Assembly (NCBI GenBank): GCA_963735035.1
Contig: CAVTJJ010000004.1
Coordinates: 544,001 to 608,000 of the forward strand
Direction: 5' to 3'
DNA: 64,000 nucleotides
DNA from: an uncultured candidate division Zixibacteria bacterium
Lineage (GTDB): Bacteria > Zixibacteria > MSB-5A5 > GN15 > FEB-12
The notes beneath the pieces are model-generated. The model did no database searches. It was not told the DNA's origin and worked only from the letters and a program-made list of their open reading frames with translations. The position numbers and the translations under genes are program-made. Of this stretch, positions 35,896-45,083 are shown in pieces (positions within the stretch are counted from its first letter, which is position 1; each line of letters opens with the position of its first letter).

Positions 35896-36528
35896 ATGGC
35901 ATCACTTGTTGAAAAATATTTCTCGCAGGCCGATCTCGACTCCATCGAGGCGGCGGTGAAGAAGGCCGAATCCACCACCAGCGGCGAAATCGTGGTTGAG
36001 CTGTCTTCGCATTCCCGGCATTGGAACACCGAGGCGATGGTGCATGCGTTGGTTGTGTGTGTCGTTACCATGATAGCGGTTCTGTACTTCACCTACGATA
36101 TGGGTTGGGGCGTCTATTTCAACACAACTCAGGCGATGCTATGGGGGGCAGTTGCGTTCGTGGCGGCTTATTTCGGCTGGGGCCGGTTCCTCAAGCGCAG
36201 TGAACGACGCAGGCGCATGGTCTGGGATCGGGCGCTCGGAATCTTTCATCATATCACGCCCACCAAAGGCGGGACCGGGGTGTTGATCTTTGCTTCGCTC
36301 GAAGAAGAGCAGGCGGCGATTGTGGCCGACAAGGGGATTGCGGAGAAAGTCCCGGCCGATTATTGGCACAAACCGCACGGAATGATAATCGAGGCTATGA
36401 AGCAGGGTAAGCATGCCGAGGGGATCGTGAAGGCGATCGAGACGATGGCGGTTGAGTTGTCCGCTCATTTCCCGCGCGAGAGCGATGATGTGAACGAACT
36501 CCCGGACAAGCCGAGGATTTCGGATTAG
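35896..36528 (+). CDS. TPM domain membrane protein
   Basis: AE.TTSGEIVV, GVLIF, IVADKGI, D.NELPD; lemA operon. Confidence 0.85.
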   Translation: MASLVEKYFSQADLDSIEAAVKKAESTTSGEIVVELSSHSRHWNTEAMVHALVVCVVTMIAVLYFTYDMGWGVYFNTTQAMLWGAVAFVAAYFGWGRFLKRSERRRRMVWDRALGIFHHITPTKGGTGVLIFASLEEEQAAIVADKGIAEKVPADYWHKPHGMIIEAMKQGKHAEGIVKAIETMAVELSAHFPRESDDVNELPDKPRISD

Positions 36529-36635
36529 AAGATAGTTGCCCCCTGTCCGGGTGGGTGCTCCAAGAATTGATCGGCAGGCCTCCGGGCCTGCCGTTCTTGT
36601 TTGGGTAAGGCCAGCCTCCGCCGAGGCAAGCTTTC

Positions 36636-38021
36636 CTACAGTGCGACTTCCAGAAGTCCGGCGAAACTTGGTTCGGTCATTCTGAAATCTGCCACGGCAT
36701 TGAGCAGTTCGTTGCGGGAGCAAAAAGAGACTCCAATTCCGGCGTGCTTAATCATACAGACATCAGGCTCGCTATCGCCGATCGCGATCACGTCGGACAA
36801 TCCGATTTCATAGCGAGCGGCCACGTCGATCAAGGCGTGAGTCTTGCAGGCGCTGTGATTGCAGATGCTGGCAGAGGATCGCGCGAAGAAGGAAGGTATC
36901 TTAACTTCGCCGGTGGCCACGCTTTGAGAAAACTCCAATTCGTTGGCCAGTGCAAAATCGGCCCCGATCTTCGTTTTGATATGGATGGCGGCGAAATCGT
37001 AACTGTCGCTTATTATTCCTACAATATAACCTCGCTTCTTCATAGCGGCGACGATCTCTGTGGCGTAGTCGGTAAGAGGTATGCCGTCCAGAATGTCGAT
37101 GAGCTCTCCAATATTACGACCGCGAAACAATCGGGCAATTTGCTTTGTTCTTAACCAAGCTTCATGATTGGCGGCGAGGATGTCGACCAGTTCCTTTTCC
37201 AGGCCAAGCTGTCGGATTGCCGTCTCAACGAATCGACCACGGAGTAAGGTGTTGTCCATGTCGAATACGGCCAGCTTCTTCAACGTAAGAAGTGACTCCT
37301 GGATAGCGAATTCCATTTGGTCGCGGATGACATTGATGGTCTGCATCTCGTCAAGATTCAGGTATTGCGACACCGATGCCCGTCGCAGAATGGCACGGGC
37401 TACTTCGCGAGACATCTTGCCGAGCTCGGGCCAGGGCTTCATCTTATTTGTTATTCGTCTGACATCAACTTGTTCAATCCTGGCCTTATTGATATGCATG
37501 TCTATCAACAGACCGACGTCTACGCCGTAGTCGTCATCGAAGACGACTGTCCCCAAAAGGTCTCGCCGGGCGGCGATCATGCCGCTCAGCGGCTGCCGGA
37601 TGTGAAGCAGTTCGGGGAAGAGAAGGGAAAGCAGCGGGCGGGCGACCAATTCGGTTACGCGGCCGGCCTGGCGTGTAAAGCAGGACTTCACGAACTCGGC
37701 GCGGCCCGTCAGGATCGGCTCGGCGAGCAACTCGACCACATTGTCGCCATAATCGGCAATGTCACCGTCGAGAAACACGAGCACGTCGCCCTTTGCAACC
37801 AACAAGCCATCGCGCATCGATGCTCCCTTGCCCAGTCTCGTGCTGGTAATCACGGTAGCTCCCGCCCTTACGGCGTTTGCCGCCGTGTTGTCCACCGACT
37901 TGTCGTCGATCACCAGCACTTCCAGCACGGACGGTGACCCTAGCGCCATGGATACGACGCTGGCGACGGTTTCCTCTTCATTGAGCGTCGGAATAATGAC
38001 CGATATTCGTCTCTCGCTCAT
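36636..38021 (-). CDS. GpgS-like glycosyltransferase fused to a SerB-like HAD phosphatase
   Basis: VIIPTLNEE, GKG, FLDGD, GRVTELVARPLL, QPLSG..A, YGVDVGLLID; HAD FDMDNTL, IISDS, K, GDSEPD. Confidence 0.8.
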   Translation of the reverse strand: MSERRISVIIPTLNEEETVASVVSMALGSPSVLEVLVIDDKSVDNTAANAVRAGATVITSTRLGKGASMRDGLLVAKGDVLVFLDGDIADYGDNVVELLAEPILTGRAEFVKSCFTRQAGRVTELVARPLLSLLFPELLHIRQPLSGMIAARRDLLGTVVFDDDYGVDVGLLIDMHINKARIEQVDVRRITNKMKPWPELGKMSREVARAILRRASVSQYLNLDEMQTINVIRDQMEFAIQESLLTLKKLAVFDMDNTLLRGRFVETAIRQLGLEKELVDILAANHEAWLRTKQIARLFRGRNIGELIDILDGIPLTDYATEIVAAMKKRGYIVGIISDSYDFAAIHIKTKIGADFALANELEFSQSVATGEVKIPSFFARSSASICNHSACKTHALIDVAARYEIGLSDVIAIGDSEPDVCMIKHAGIGVSFCSRNELLNAVADFRMTEPSFAGLLEVAL

Positions 38022-38112
38022 GGCTTAATCTCCTCCGGTTCTATTGTCTCTACCATTATATGTTCAAGTCGGGTCGGGTGCAACCTGGGAATCCAGCTGT
38101 CGTTCGGCATGT

Positions 38113-38630
38113 GTGGAACCCTGCCGATCACTTTTGAACGGCCCCTGAACTAATACAACAGCAAATACGTGCCGTCAGGCGTCTCTGCCTGACGGCATTT
38201 TCACGCCAGGAGATTAGCCGCGTCAGGTCACACCTCGCCCGACTCCGCCGCGGCGGATCAGTCTCGGCAGGACCTGACGCAACCACGAACCACAACAGGC
38301 GGGGAATCCAATAATTGATCGGCAGGCCTCTGGGCCTGCCGTTCTTGTTTGAAGACGGCAGGGGTGGAACCCTGCCGATCACTTCTGAACGGCCCCTGAA
38401 CTGATACGACAGCAAAAGAGTGCCGTCAGGCGTCTCTGCCTGACGGCTTTTTCATTCTGATCGGCCGCGTCAGGTCACACCTCGCCCGACTCCGCCGCGG
38501 CGGATCAGTTCATGTAGGTCGGGTTACGCACGGTAATGAATTGGGTGCGCAACCCGACATTAGGTCACACGTCACGTGATGTCGGGTTTCCTTCGTCCCG
38601 CTTGCAGCGGGTCTCGAAAACCCGACCTAC
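38113..38630. repeat. REP-rich intergenic mosaic with ~150-bp direct duplication and GTAG REP pair
   Basis: 38113-38262 repeats at 38364-38509 (offset ~251); GTAG-GTCGGGTT..AACCCGAC 38514-38558 faces GTCGGGTTT..AAACCCGAC-CTAC 38581-38630. Confidence 0.85.
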
Positions 38631-38707
38631 ACCAAATGGATGTGATTGACAAACCCCCGTATGACTATGGATATTCTCGGGCACGTACGTTATTCAAGGA
38701 GACATTC

Positions 38708-39187
38708 ATGACCGACCGCGAATTTCTCAGACACAATGTCGCCACCATGGCCTATCGCGCCGCCAAGACGTTGCGGGGCGCGCCGGTCGCATTCGCGACT
38801 TTTCATTCGGGGCCGAGTACCAAAACGCCGGTCGAAATTCTCGCTCACATGGGTGACCTATTTGATTGGGCGCTGACCATGACTCAGGGCGAACCGAGAT
38901 GGCACGCCGCCACGCCGAAGGCCTGGGACAAAGAGTGTGAGCGGTTCTTCGAAGCCGTCACTAAGTTCGATGAAGCTCTTGCTTCCCCGACTCCCATTTC
39001 TTACGAATTGACGCGCATGTTTCAGGGGCCGATCGCCGATGCGCTTACCCACACCGGGCAACTGGCGATGCTTCGGCGAATGTTCGGCGCGCCCATGAAA
39101 GGCGAAAGCTACGCCCGGGCGGATATAGTCATCGGGAGAGTAGGCGCCGAGCAGACTCCGGCCGACCCCAGGTACGAGTTCGACTGA
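38708..39187 (+). CDS. DinB-like hypothetical protein
   Basis: AAGGAG RBS; ILAHM.D and DALTHTGQLAMLRR pattern of the DinB/YfiT four-helix family. Confidence 0.7.
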   Translation: MTDREFLRHNVATMAYRAAKTLRGAPVAFATFHSGPSTKTPVEILAHMGDLFDWALTMTQGEPRWHAATPKAWDKECERFFEAVTKFDEALASPTPISYELTRMFQGPIADALTHTGQLAMLRRMFGAPMKGESYARADIVIGRVGAEQTPADPRYEFD

Positions 39188-39223
39188 GCCAGGTAGCGGG
39201 CCAGATTTCGCGACTCGCGATTA

Positions 39224-40636
39224 TTACTTCACCGCTTCAAGGATGCGCTTGGCGATAGTTGTATAATCGCCGCCGAAGTGATGTCCCCCCTGCATGGGGA
39301 CGAGGGTGACAAAAGACGTGTCGAGATCCTGACATATAGAATGCTTTTCGTCTGATCCGTATACACAGACAACCTTCAGGGCCGACAACTTGTCCACTTC
39401 GGGTTTGACGAGCATGCCGTTCTTGTCGGAACCCCCCAGCCAATCGGTCAAGTGGAATTGGAAGTTGATTGTCTCCTCCAGACCGAGCAAAGCCACACCG
39501 ACGACCCGCTGAAGCTGTTCGGGAGGCAGGCGGTTGGTCATGAACGGGAGAACATCAGCACCGCGTGAATAACCGATCAACAAGACCCGCTCCTTCTGCC
39601 ATTTATCCAGATAGAAGGAGATGATTCGAGACAGGTCGCTACTGGATCCGGCCGGAGTGCGAACAGTCCAGAAATATTTCAGGGAATTGAGGCCGACCAC
39701 CGGTATTCCCTGAGTACGGAAGTATTCGCCAATCATCTTGTCTATGCCGGCCCAACCGCCGTCACCGGACACGATAACGGCCATAAAATCAGCCTGTGAC
39801 TGGTCAACGGGCAGTTCTACCAGTGGAAGATCGCTAACCTGAGCGGCTGTCGAACCTGTGGTTGTACCGCTGACTGGTGTGGTTGAGGCTGGAGACGTCA
39901 GCTCGGCGAACACTTTCCGCAATTGTGGCAGCCAGTTTTTCTCTACGGAGAAACCATGACCGACTTTGGGAAGCATCACGAGACGAGAGTTATTACTCTT
40001 CTCGACAAACGCCTGAACTGAATCGGCGTCGCAGACCTGATCGATTGTACCTTGAAATGCAACCCAGGGGTTTTCCAGTTTGCGGGCGGGAAGAAAGACG
40101 AATCCCTTTCCTTTAGGCCCTGCAGTCCATTCCAGACCATTTCCCTTGCACAGTGGCTTGATCAGGGGCAAATCCGGGCAGAAGCCCATGCTGACGGCTC
40201 CGGCGAAAGTATTCGGCGGCGCTTGTACCAATACCGCATACACAAGTGTGGCGCCCGAGGAATAGCCGACTAGAATCGGCGACTCGTAGGTGGGGAGATC
40301 GAGCTTCTTCTGCACGTACTGGCTCAAAGCCTCGAAATCGGCCGCCGGGTAAGTGCATTCCTCGGTAGACTTGTCGAGTTCCTTCGAGTAGTGTACCATG
40401 TCCACACCGACCACCAACGCGCCGTCACCGGCCAGAGTACGAGCCATGTCGACGACTCCCAGATTCCAGCCACCGTCACCCGAGACAAATAGGGCGACGC
40501 TCTTGGGATGGTCCAACTCCCGATACAAGTGCACGGTGCCGAAACGGCCGAAACTAAGCGTGTCTTCTACGGCGAAAACCTGAGTCGATGCGACTACTAT
40601 CAGCAGCCACGGCAACAGTAACCAGTTCTTGCTCAT
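39224..40636 (-). CDS. acvB: AcvB/VirJ family lysyl-phosphatidylglycerol hydrolase
   Basis: Duplicated SGDGGW motifs, GYSSGA and GYSRGAD, GGHHFGGDY; coupled to mprF. Confidence 0.88.
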   Translation of the reverse strand: MSKNWLLLPWLLIVVASTQVFAVEDTLSFGRFGTVHLYRELDHPKSVALFVSGDGGWNLGVVDMARTLAGDGALVVGVDMVHYSKELDKSTEECTYPAADFEALSQYVQKKLDLPTYESPILVGYSSGATLVYAVLVQAPPNTFAGAVSMGFCPDLPLIKPLCKGNGLEWTAGPKGKGFVFLPARKLENPWVAFQGTIDQVCDADSVQAFVEKSNNSRLVMLPKVGHGFSVEKNWLPQLRKVFAELTSPASTTPVSGTTTGSTAAQVSDLPLVELPVDQSQADFMAVIVSGDGGWAGIDKMIGEYFRTQGIPVVGLNSLKYFWTVRTPAGSSSDLSRIISFYLDKWQKERVLLIGYSRGADVLPFMTNRLPPEQLQRVVGVALLGLEETINFQFHLTDWLGGSDKNGMLVKPEVDKLSALKVVCVYGSDEKHSICQDLDTSFVTLVPMQGGHHFGGDYTTIAKRILEAVK

Positions 40637-43188
40637 CTGCTCACCACTCCTTTGAGGCCGCCGGAAATCATGGCGGTCACGTTCGTGAGGACTCCGTAAA
40701 CGGTCAATCCGCCGGGACAGGCCAGATACCGCGGTTCCCAGGTCGGCTTGAACTTTTCTTTGTACTGTCGGAGACCCTGGAAGTTGTAAAAATGCTCACC
40801 GTGTCGGTAGACAAAAGTGCCCAGTTGATTCCAAAATGGTGCTGCTGAAGGGCTTTCCAGACCCGCCAGGGGGGCCATACCGAGGTTGAACCAGCGGTAA
40901 CCCTGCTCTTTGCCCCAGAGCATCATTTCAATAAACATATAGTCCATAACACCGGAAATCGCTTCGGGTTTATGGCGCATCAGGTCGACCGAGACTTCGA
41001 CGTGATTGTCGCTGGGCCAGATATTGGCAAAGGCGACCAGGGAACCATTCTGCTTGACCAGAGCCACCGGAGTTCGGCGGACATAGTTTTCATCGAAGAA
41101 TCCCAGAGAGAATCCCTTCTCTCGCGTGTTCTTAAGCTTGAGCCATTGGTCGGAGATGTCGCGCAACTGCGGCATCAATGATCCGGTTTCTTCGGCGGAA
41201 ACGATTTCGAAAGTGCACCCCTCCGTCTCGGCGCGCTTTCGCCAATGACGCATTGGTTTGTTTTCGTGTCCGTCCAATGAAAAATCCGGAAGTGACACGA
41301 GCGCTTCTTCGCCCAATTTCAGCAGGTTCAAGCCGAGGTCAAGATATAGCGGCAGGTGGACATTTGTCACCTGATAAAAGACGGTCCAGCCGCCGTGACG
41401 GTCGGCCATTTCATGGAACTGCCATATCAGTTCGCGATATTCGGAAGGATCACCGACCGGATCGCCCATGGCCACCCAGCTTCGTCCCGACACCGAGTAC
41501 ATCACAAACGACCGACCGCTGGCGCTCTTGAGCAACGCCTTGTCGCCCAGTAGAGCGAGATATCCTTGCGTGCGGTCGGACTGTCTGACTACCGGGAAGA
41601 TCGTATTCAGTTCACCCTCAGTTGGCGGCACCGGGTCACGGGGGAACGGCTTGAGCAACATCCGCAAAGCGAGCAGCAGAGCCACGCCCCCGACACCGAC
41701 TCCGGCGCGCAAAGACCGAGGCGCGTCGGCCGCCAACTCGAACTGCCAAAGCATTTCATTAGAATAGCTCAAGTGTTTGAAGGAGAAGTAGGTCAGCCAG
41801 AGCGAACAGGCTACGACGATCACGATTGCCCCCACCCAGGCGGGACTCATCGGACGGCCGAGGAGAGAGGAGCGTCGATAGAAAAAGGATCGGGACGGGA
41901 GCAGTACCAAGAACATGATCAGAAGCACGGTAGCTTCTTCGTAGTCAAATCCCTTGGCGAGCGAGACGACGATACCGGCGCCCAGGAAAACGAGGCTCAG
42001 CACGTAGGCACCGTCCAATCGCCGCTGTAGTCCCCGCGCCAACAGCAATAGTCCCAGGCCGATGATGCTACCGATGAAGTGAGAAATCTCGATAGCCGGG
42101 AGGGGGAGAACATCGCGCAGCCAATTCATTCGCTCACTGATCGCCGGGGTGGCGCCTGAAAACAGCAGAATGGCGCCGGTCACAAATATCAGGAGGGCAA
42201 ACAAATGGGGTGCGAACGACGAGGCTACCTGCTGGATGAGTTTCAGGTTCTTCTGAAGGACACCCTTCCGCAAGCGTATTTCGAGGGTGGCGAGGCTGAC
42301 GGCAGCCAGAAAAAGCGGAACGATGTAATAGACTATCCGATAGGCCAGGAGCGAGCCGATAATCGCTGGAGGCGACGCCACCGGGCCGGCCAGGATTAAG
42401 AACACCGATTCGAAGACTCCCAATCCGCCGGGGACATTACTGGCGAGTCCGGCAATTTGCGCCAGGAGATAGATCCCGAGCACATGTATGTAGCTGAACG
42501 ATTCCGAGCTCGGAAGGAGCACGTAGAGGGCCATCGCGGCGGCCAGCCAGTCAAAGACTCCAACCCCGATCTGCGAAAACGTCAAGCCGGGGGAGGGAAC
42601 CTCGGCCTTCCAGCCTCGAAGTTGAAGCGGCTTTCTCAGGACCAGAATCCAGGTGAGATAGACCAGCAGAATCAGGGCGAACAGCAGGCCTATCGGAAGT
42701 GACGACGCAAATGGCAGGCTAATCTGTGCGGGCACCGCCAGCGGCACTGCGACCAGCACACAGGCCGACGTCGTCAGATAGCCTAACCAGAAGGTTGTCA
42801 CCCCGAAACCCATCAGGCTCGTTATTTCGAAGACCGTCAGGCCCCAGGCACCGTAGATGCGGAACCGAAGCGAACCACCGGTGAACAGTGAGAAGCCCAG
42901 GTTATGGCTGATCGCGTAGGTCGTAAACGAAGTTTGCAGAACTCGCAGATACGCCAGCGGATGGCGTATATAACGCAGAGCCAGCATATCATAGCAGGAC
43001 AACGCCAGATAGCTAAGAAGAGTGAATACCAGAGCCAACGCTATCCTGTGTCCGGGGAGGCTTTTGAACTCTGCTACTATATCGGCGAAATGGTGTTGCT
43101 GTAGCAGTCGATGAATGATCAAAAGGGCCACACAGAATAGGCCAATCGATACTACAGTGCCAATGATCTCGATCAGTCTCTTGCCCAT
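40633..43188 (-). CDS. mprF: Bifunctional lysylphosphatidylglycerol flippase/synthase
   Basis: VPGGLGVFE, GDK, MGDPVG, KLGEEA, EKGFSLG, DLMR, NLGMAPL, YNFQGLR.YKEKF.P.WEPRY. Confidence 0.95.
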   Translation of the reverse strand: MGKRLIEIIGTVVSIGLFCVALLIIHRLLQQHHFADIVAEFKSLPGHRIALALVFTLLSYLALSCYDMLALRYIRHPLAYLRVLQTSFTTYAISHNLGFSLFTGGSLRFRIYGAWGLTVFEITSLMGFGVTTFWLGYLTTSACVLVAVPLAVPAQISLPFASSLPIGLLFALILLVYLTWILVLRKPLQLRGWKAEVPSPGLTFSQIGVGVFDWLAAAMALYVLLPSSESFSYIHVLGIYLLAQIAGLASNVPGGLGVFESVFLILAGPVASPPAIIGSLLAYRIVYYIVPLFLAAVSLATLEIRLRKGVLQKNLKLIQQVASSFAPHLFALLIFVTGAILLFSGATPAISERMNWLRDVLPLPAIEISHFIGSIIGLGLLLLARGLQRRLDGAYVLSLVFLGAGIVVSLAKGFDYEEATVLLIMFLVLLPSRSFFYRRSSLLGRPMSPAWVGAIVIVVACSLWLTYFSFKHLSYSNEMLWQFELAADAPRSLRAGVGVGGVALLLALRMLLKPFPRDPVPPTEGELNTIFPVVRQSDRTQGYLALLGDKALLKSASGRSFVMYSVSGRSWVAMGDPVGDPSEYRELIWQFHEMADRHGGWTVFYQVTNVHLPLYLDLGLNLLKLGEEALVSLPDFSLDGHENKPMRHWRKRAETEGCTFEIVSAEETGSLMPQLRDISDQWLKLKNTREKGFSLGFFDENYVRRTPVALVKQNGSLVAFANIWPSDNHVEVSVDLMRHKPEAISGVMDYMFIEMMLWGKEQGYRWFNLGMAPLAGLESPSAAPFWNQLGTFVYRHGEHFYNFQGLRQYKEKFKPTWEPRYLACPGGLTVYGVLTNVTAMISGGLKGVVSR

Positions 43189-43387
43189 AATTTATCTCAT
43201 AATCAATGGGACGGGTCCGGGCCCTGTCAAGCTTGGAATACTTCACAGCTTCTCCTACCGGTAGGTCGCACACTGACCGTCGGGTATCCATCCGGCTCGC
43301 TGCGCCCAACGTTAGTTGAAGCAAAAGGAGGTTGTGCTCGCAGCCGCCAGGGTCCTATATTACCCTTGTCTTCCAAAGGAGCCCCGC

Positions 43388-43729
43388 ATGTCCAAACGGA
43401 TCGAAGAATTCAAGAAAGAGCGTGAACAGCTAAACGAGAACATCCTGGCCCGTGACGACATCAATATTAAACGGTTCTTTGCCCTCGACGGGGCGGTGTA
43501 CCGCGACGGCGCCCTGCCGGCCAAGACCAAGGAGTTGCTTGGGCTGGCGGCATCATTGGTGCTTCGGTGTGACGATTGCATCACTTATCACGTCATCAGA
43601 GCCAGGGACAATCAAGTCACCGAGGCCGAATTTGACGAGGTCATGTCGATCGGATTGGTCGTGGGCGGTTCGATTACGATTCCGCACATTCGACGGGCCT
43701 ATCGTACCTGGAAGGAGCTCGGGGAGTGA
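43388..43729 (+). CDS. Carboxymuconolactone decarboxylase / AhpD-like protein
   Basis: GAL..KTKEL.GL.AS.VLRCDDCITYH; AAGGAG RBS before ATG 43388. Confidence 0.88.
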   Translation: MSKRIEEFKKEREQLNENILARDDINIKRFFALDGAVYRDGALPAKTKELLGLAASLVLRCDDCITYHVIRARDNQVTEAEFDEVMSIGLVVGGSITIPHIRRAYRTWKELGE

Positions 43730-44976
43730 GATTGGGTAGGGCTACAGCAGTGCCCGGCAGATGTCCACATCTGCCGGTTTTGTGGCGAACACTTCTGGCA
43801 ATTCTACTTGTGGTCACATCTGCACAGGCGGCCACGCTTACGGTCGAGCGCGGCACCGATCTGCAAGCGGTGATCGATCACGCTTCAACAGGGGATACAC
43901 TTCGGCTGGGAGCCAAAGTGTTCGAAGCCCGACGAACCCCGTTTACAGACCCGCTCTGCGGCAATTGCGAAGTTGCTCAAACGAATGTGGCCGCATCATA
44001 CGGGTTCATCATAAAAGGTAAGGGATTGGTCTTGATAGGGGTCGGTCGGGCCGAAACGCAATTAGTTACTCGGGCTGGATACGGCCTCTATATTGAGAAC
44101 GCCGACGGTACCGAGATCAGAAATCTTACTATTACCGGTGGTGTACGCGACCGTGACGGCAATGCTACCGACGCCGGAATTGTGGTGCGTGGTTCGCGGG
44201 TCACGATCGACCAGGTAGATATCCGCGACAACAACGACCGGGCATCTGATAGTACAGTAGTGGTTGGCATTGGCGGCATTTGTGGCCGGGAGGGGGCGGA
44301 TATTACGATTCGAAGCTGCAACATCATCAACGGCGGCTGGGACGGGATCGCGCTCTATCGCGGGGCCACGGCTTTTGTCAGTGACTGCGTTATCAAACAG
44401 GGGCGGGGTGCAGGGATCGGTGTCACCTGGGACGCCTACTGTGTGGCGTACCGGAATGAAGTCACCGGATTCTGGAAAGGGATCGGTTCGTTCGGGACAT
44501 CGTCGGTGATTGCCACCAACAATTTCGTTCATGACAACCTCGGCTGGGGGATCATCGGCACCGGGGAGTCGATGATGGAAGCGACCAACAACGTCGTGTT
44601 TCATAACGGCAACTGCGGTGTCGCCCCCTGGTCGACCGGCAGTCGCGGACGATTCATAAACAATATCATAGCGGCCAACGGATGGCGCGACCAGTGGGTC
44701 TGTCCCTGTGTTGGCGTTTGGAATTACGGCGATTGGGCGAAATGGGTCTTTCGTAACAACATCGTTTGGGGAAACAAAGCGGGTAATTACGAGGATATCT
44801 GGGATCAGACCGACATCAACGGCAACTTGAATACCGATCCCTTGTTCATGGGCGAGAATGATTTCCGACTCAAGCCAGAATCGCCGGCCTGGCACGCCGG
44901 GGATTCGACAATCTTCAATCGGGACGGTTCCCGCTCCAATATTGGCCTCGGTGGTGGTCCGAGAGCGGCCCACTGA
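43726..44976 (+). CDS. Secreted right-handed parallel beta-helix repeat protein
   Basis: Signal peptide (SAQA), repeated GI/NN..N turns, DPLF...DFRL...SP; start uncertain (43726/43750/43780). Confidence 0.8.
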   Translation: MRLGRATAVPGRCPHLPVLWRTLLAILLVVTSAQAATLTVERGTDLQAVIDHASTGDTLRLGAKVFEARRTPFTDPLCGNCEVAQTNVAASYGFIIKGKGLVLIGVGRAETQLVTRAGYGLYIENADGTEIRNLTITGGVRDRDGNATDAGIVVRGSRVTIDQVDIRDNNDRASDSTVVVGIGGICGREGADITIRSCNIINGGWDGIALYRGATAFVSDCVIKQGRGAGIGVTWDAYCVAYRNEVTGFWKGIGSFGTSSVIATNNFVHDNLGWGIIGTGESMMEATNNVVFHNGNCGVAPWSTGSRGRFINNIIAANGWRDQWVCPCVGVWNYGDWAKWVFRNNIVWGNKAGNYEDIWDQTDINGNLNTDPLFMGENDFRLKPESPAWHAGDSTIFNRDGSRSNIGLGGGPRAAH

Positions 44977-45083
44977 CCTACATGTCTCAAGATGGATGGG
45001 AGGCTCAATAAAACCGGGCAATCGTCCGATCTATCCCTTAAATGGATATGATGTTTGACTGACTCTATTTTGGGAGGCAAGTT

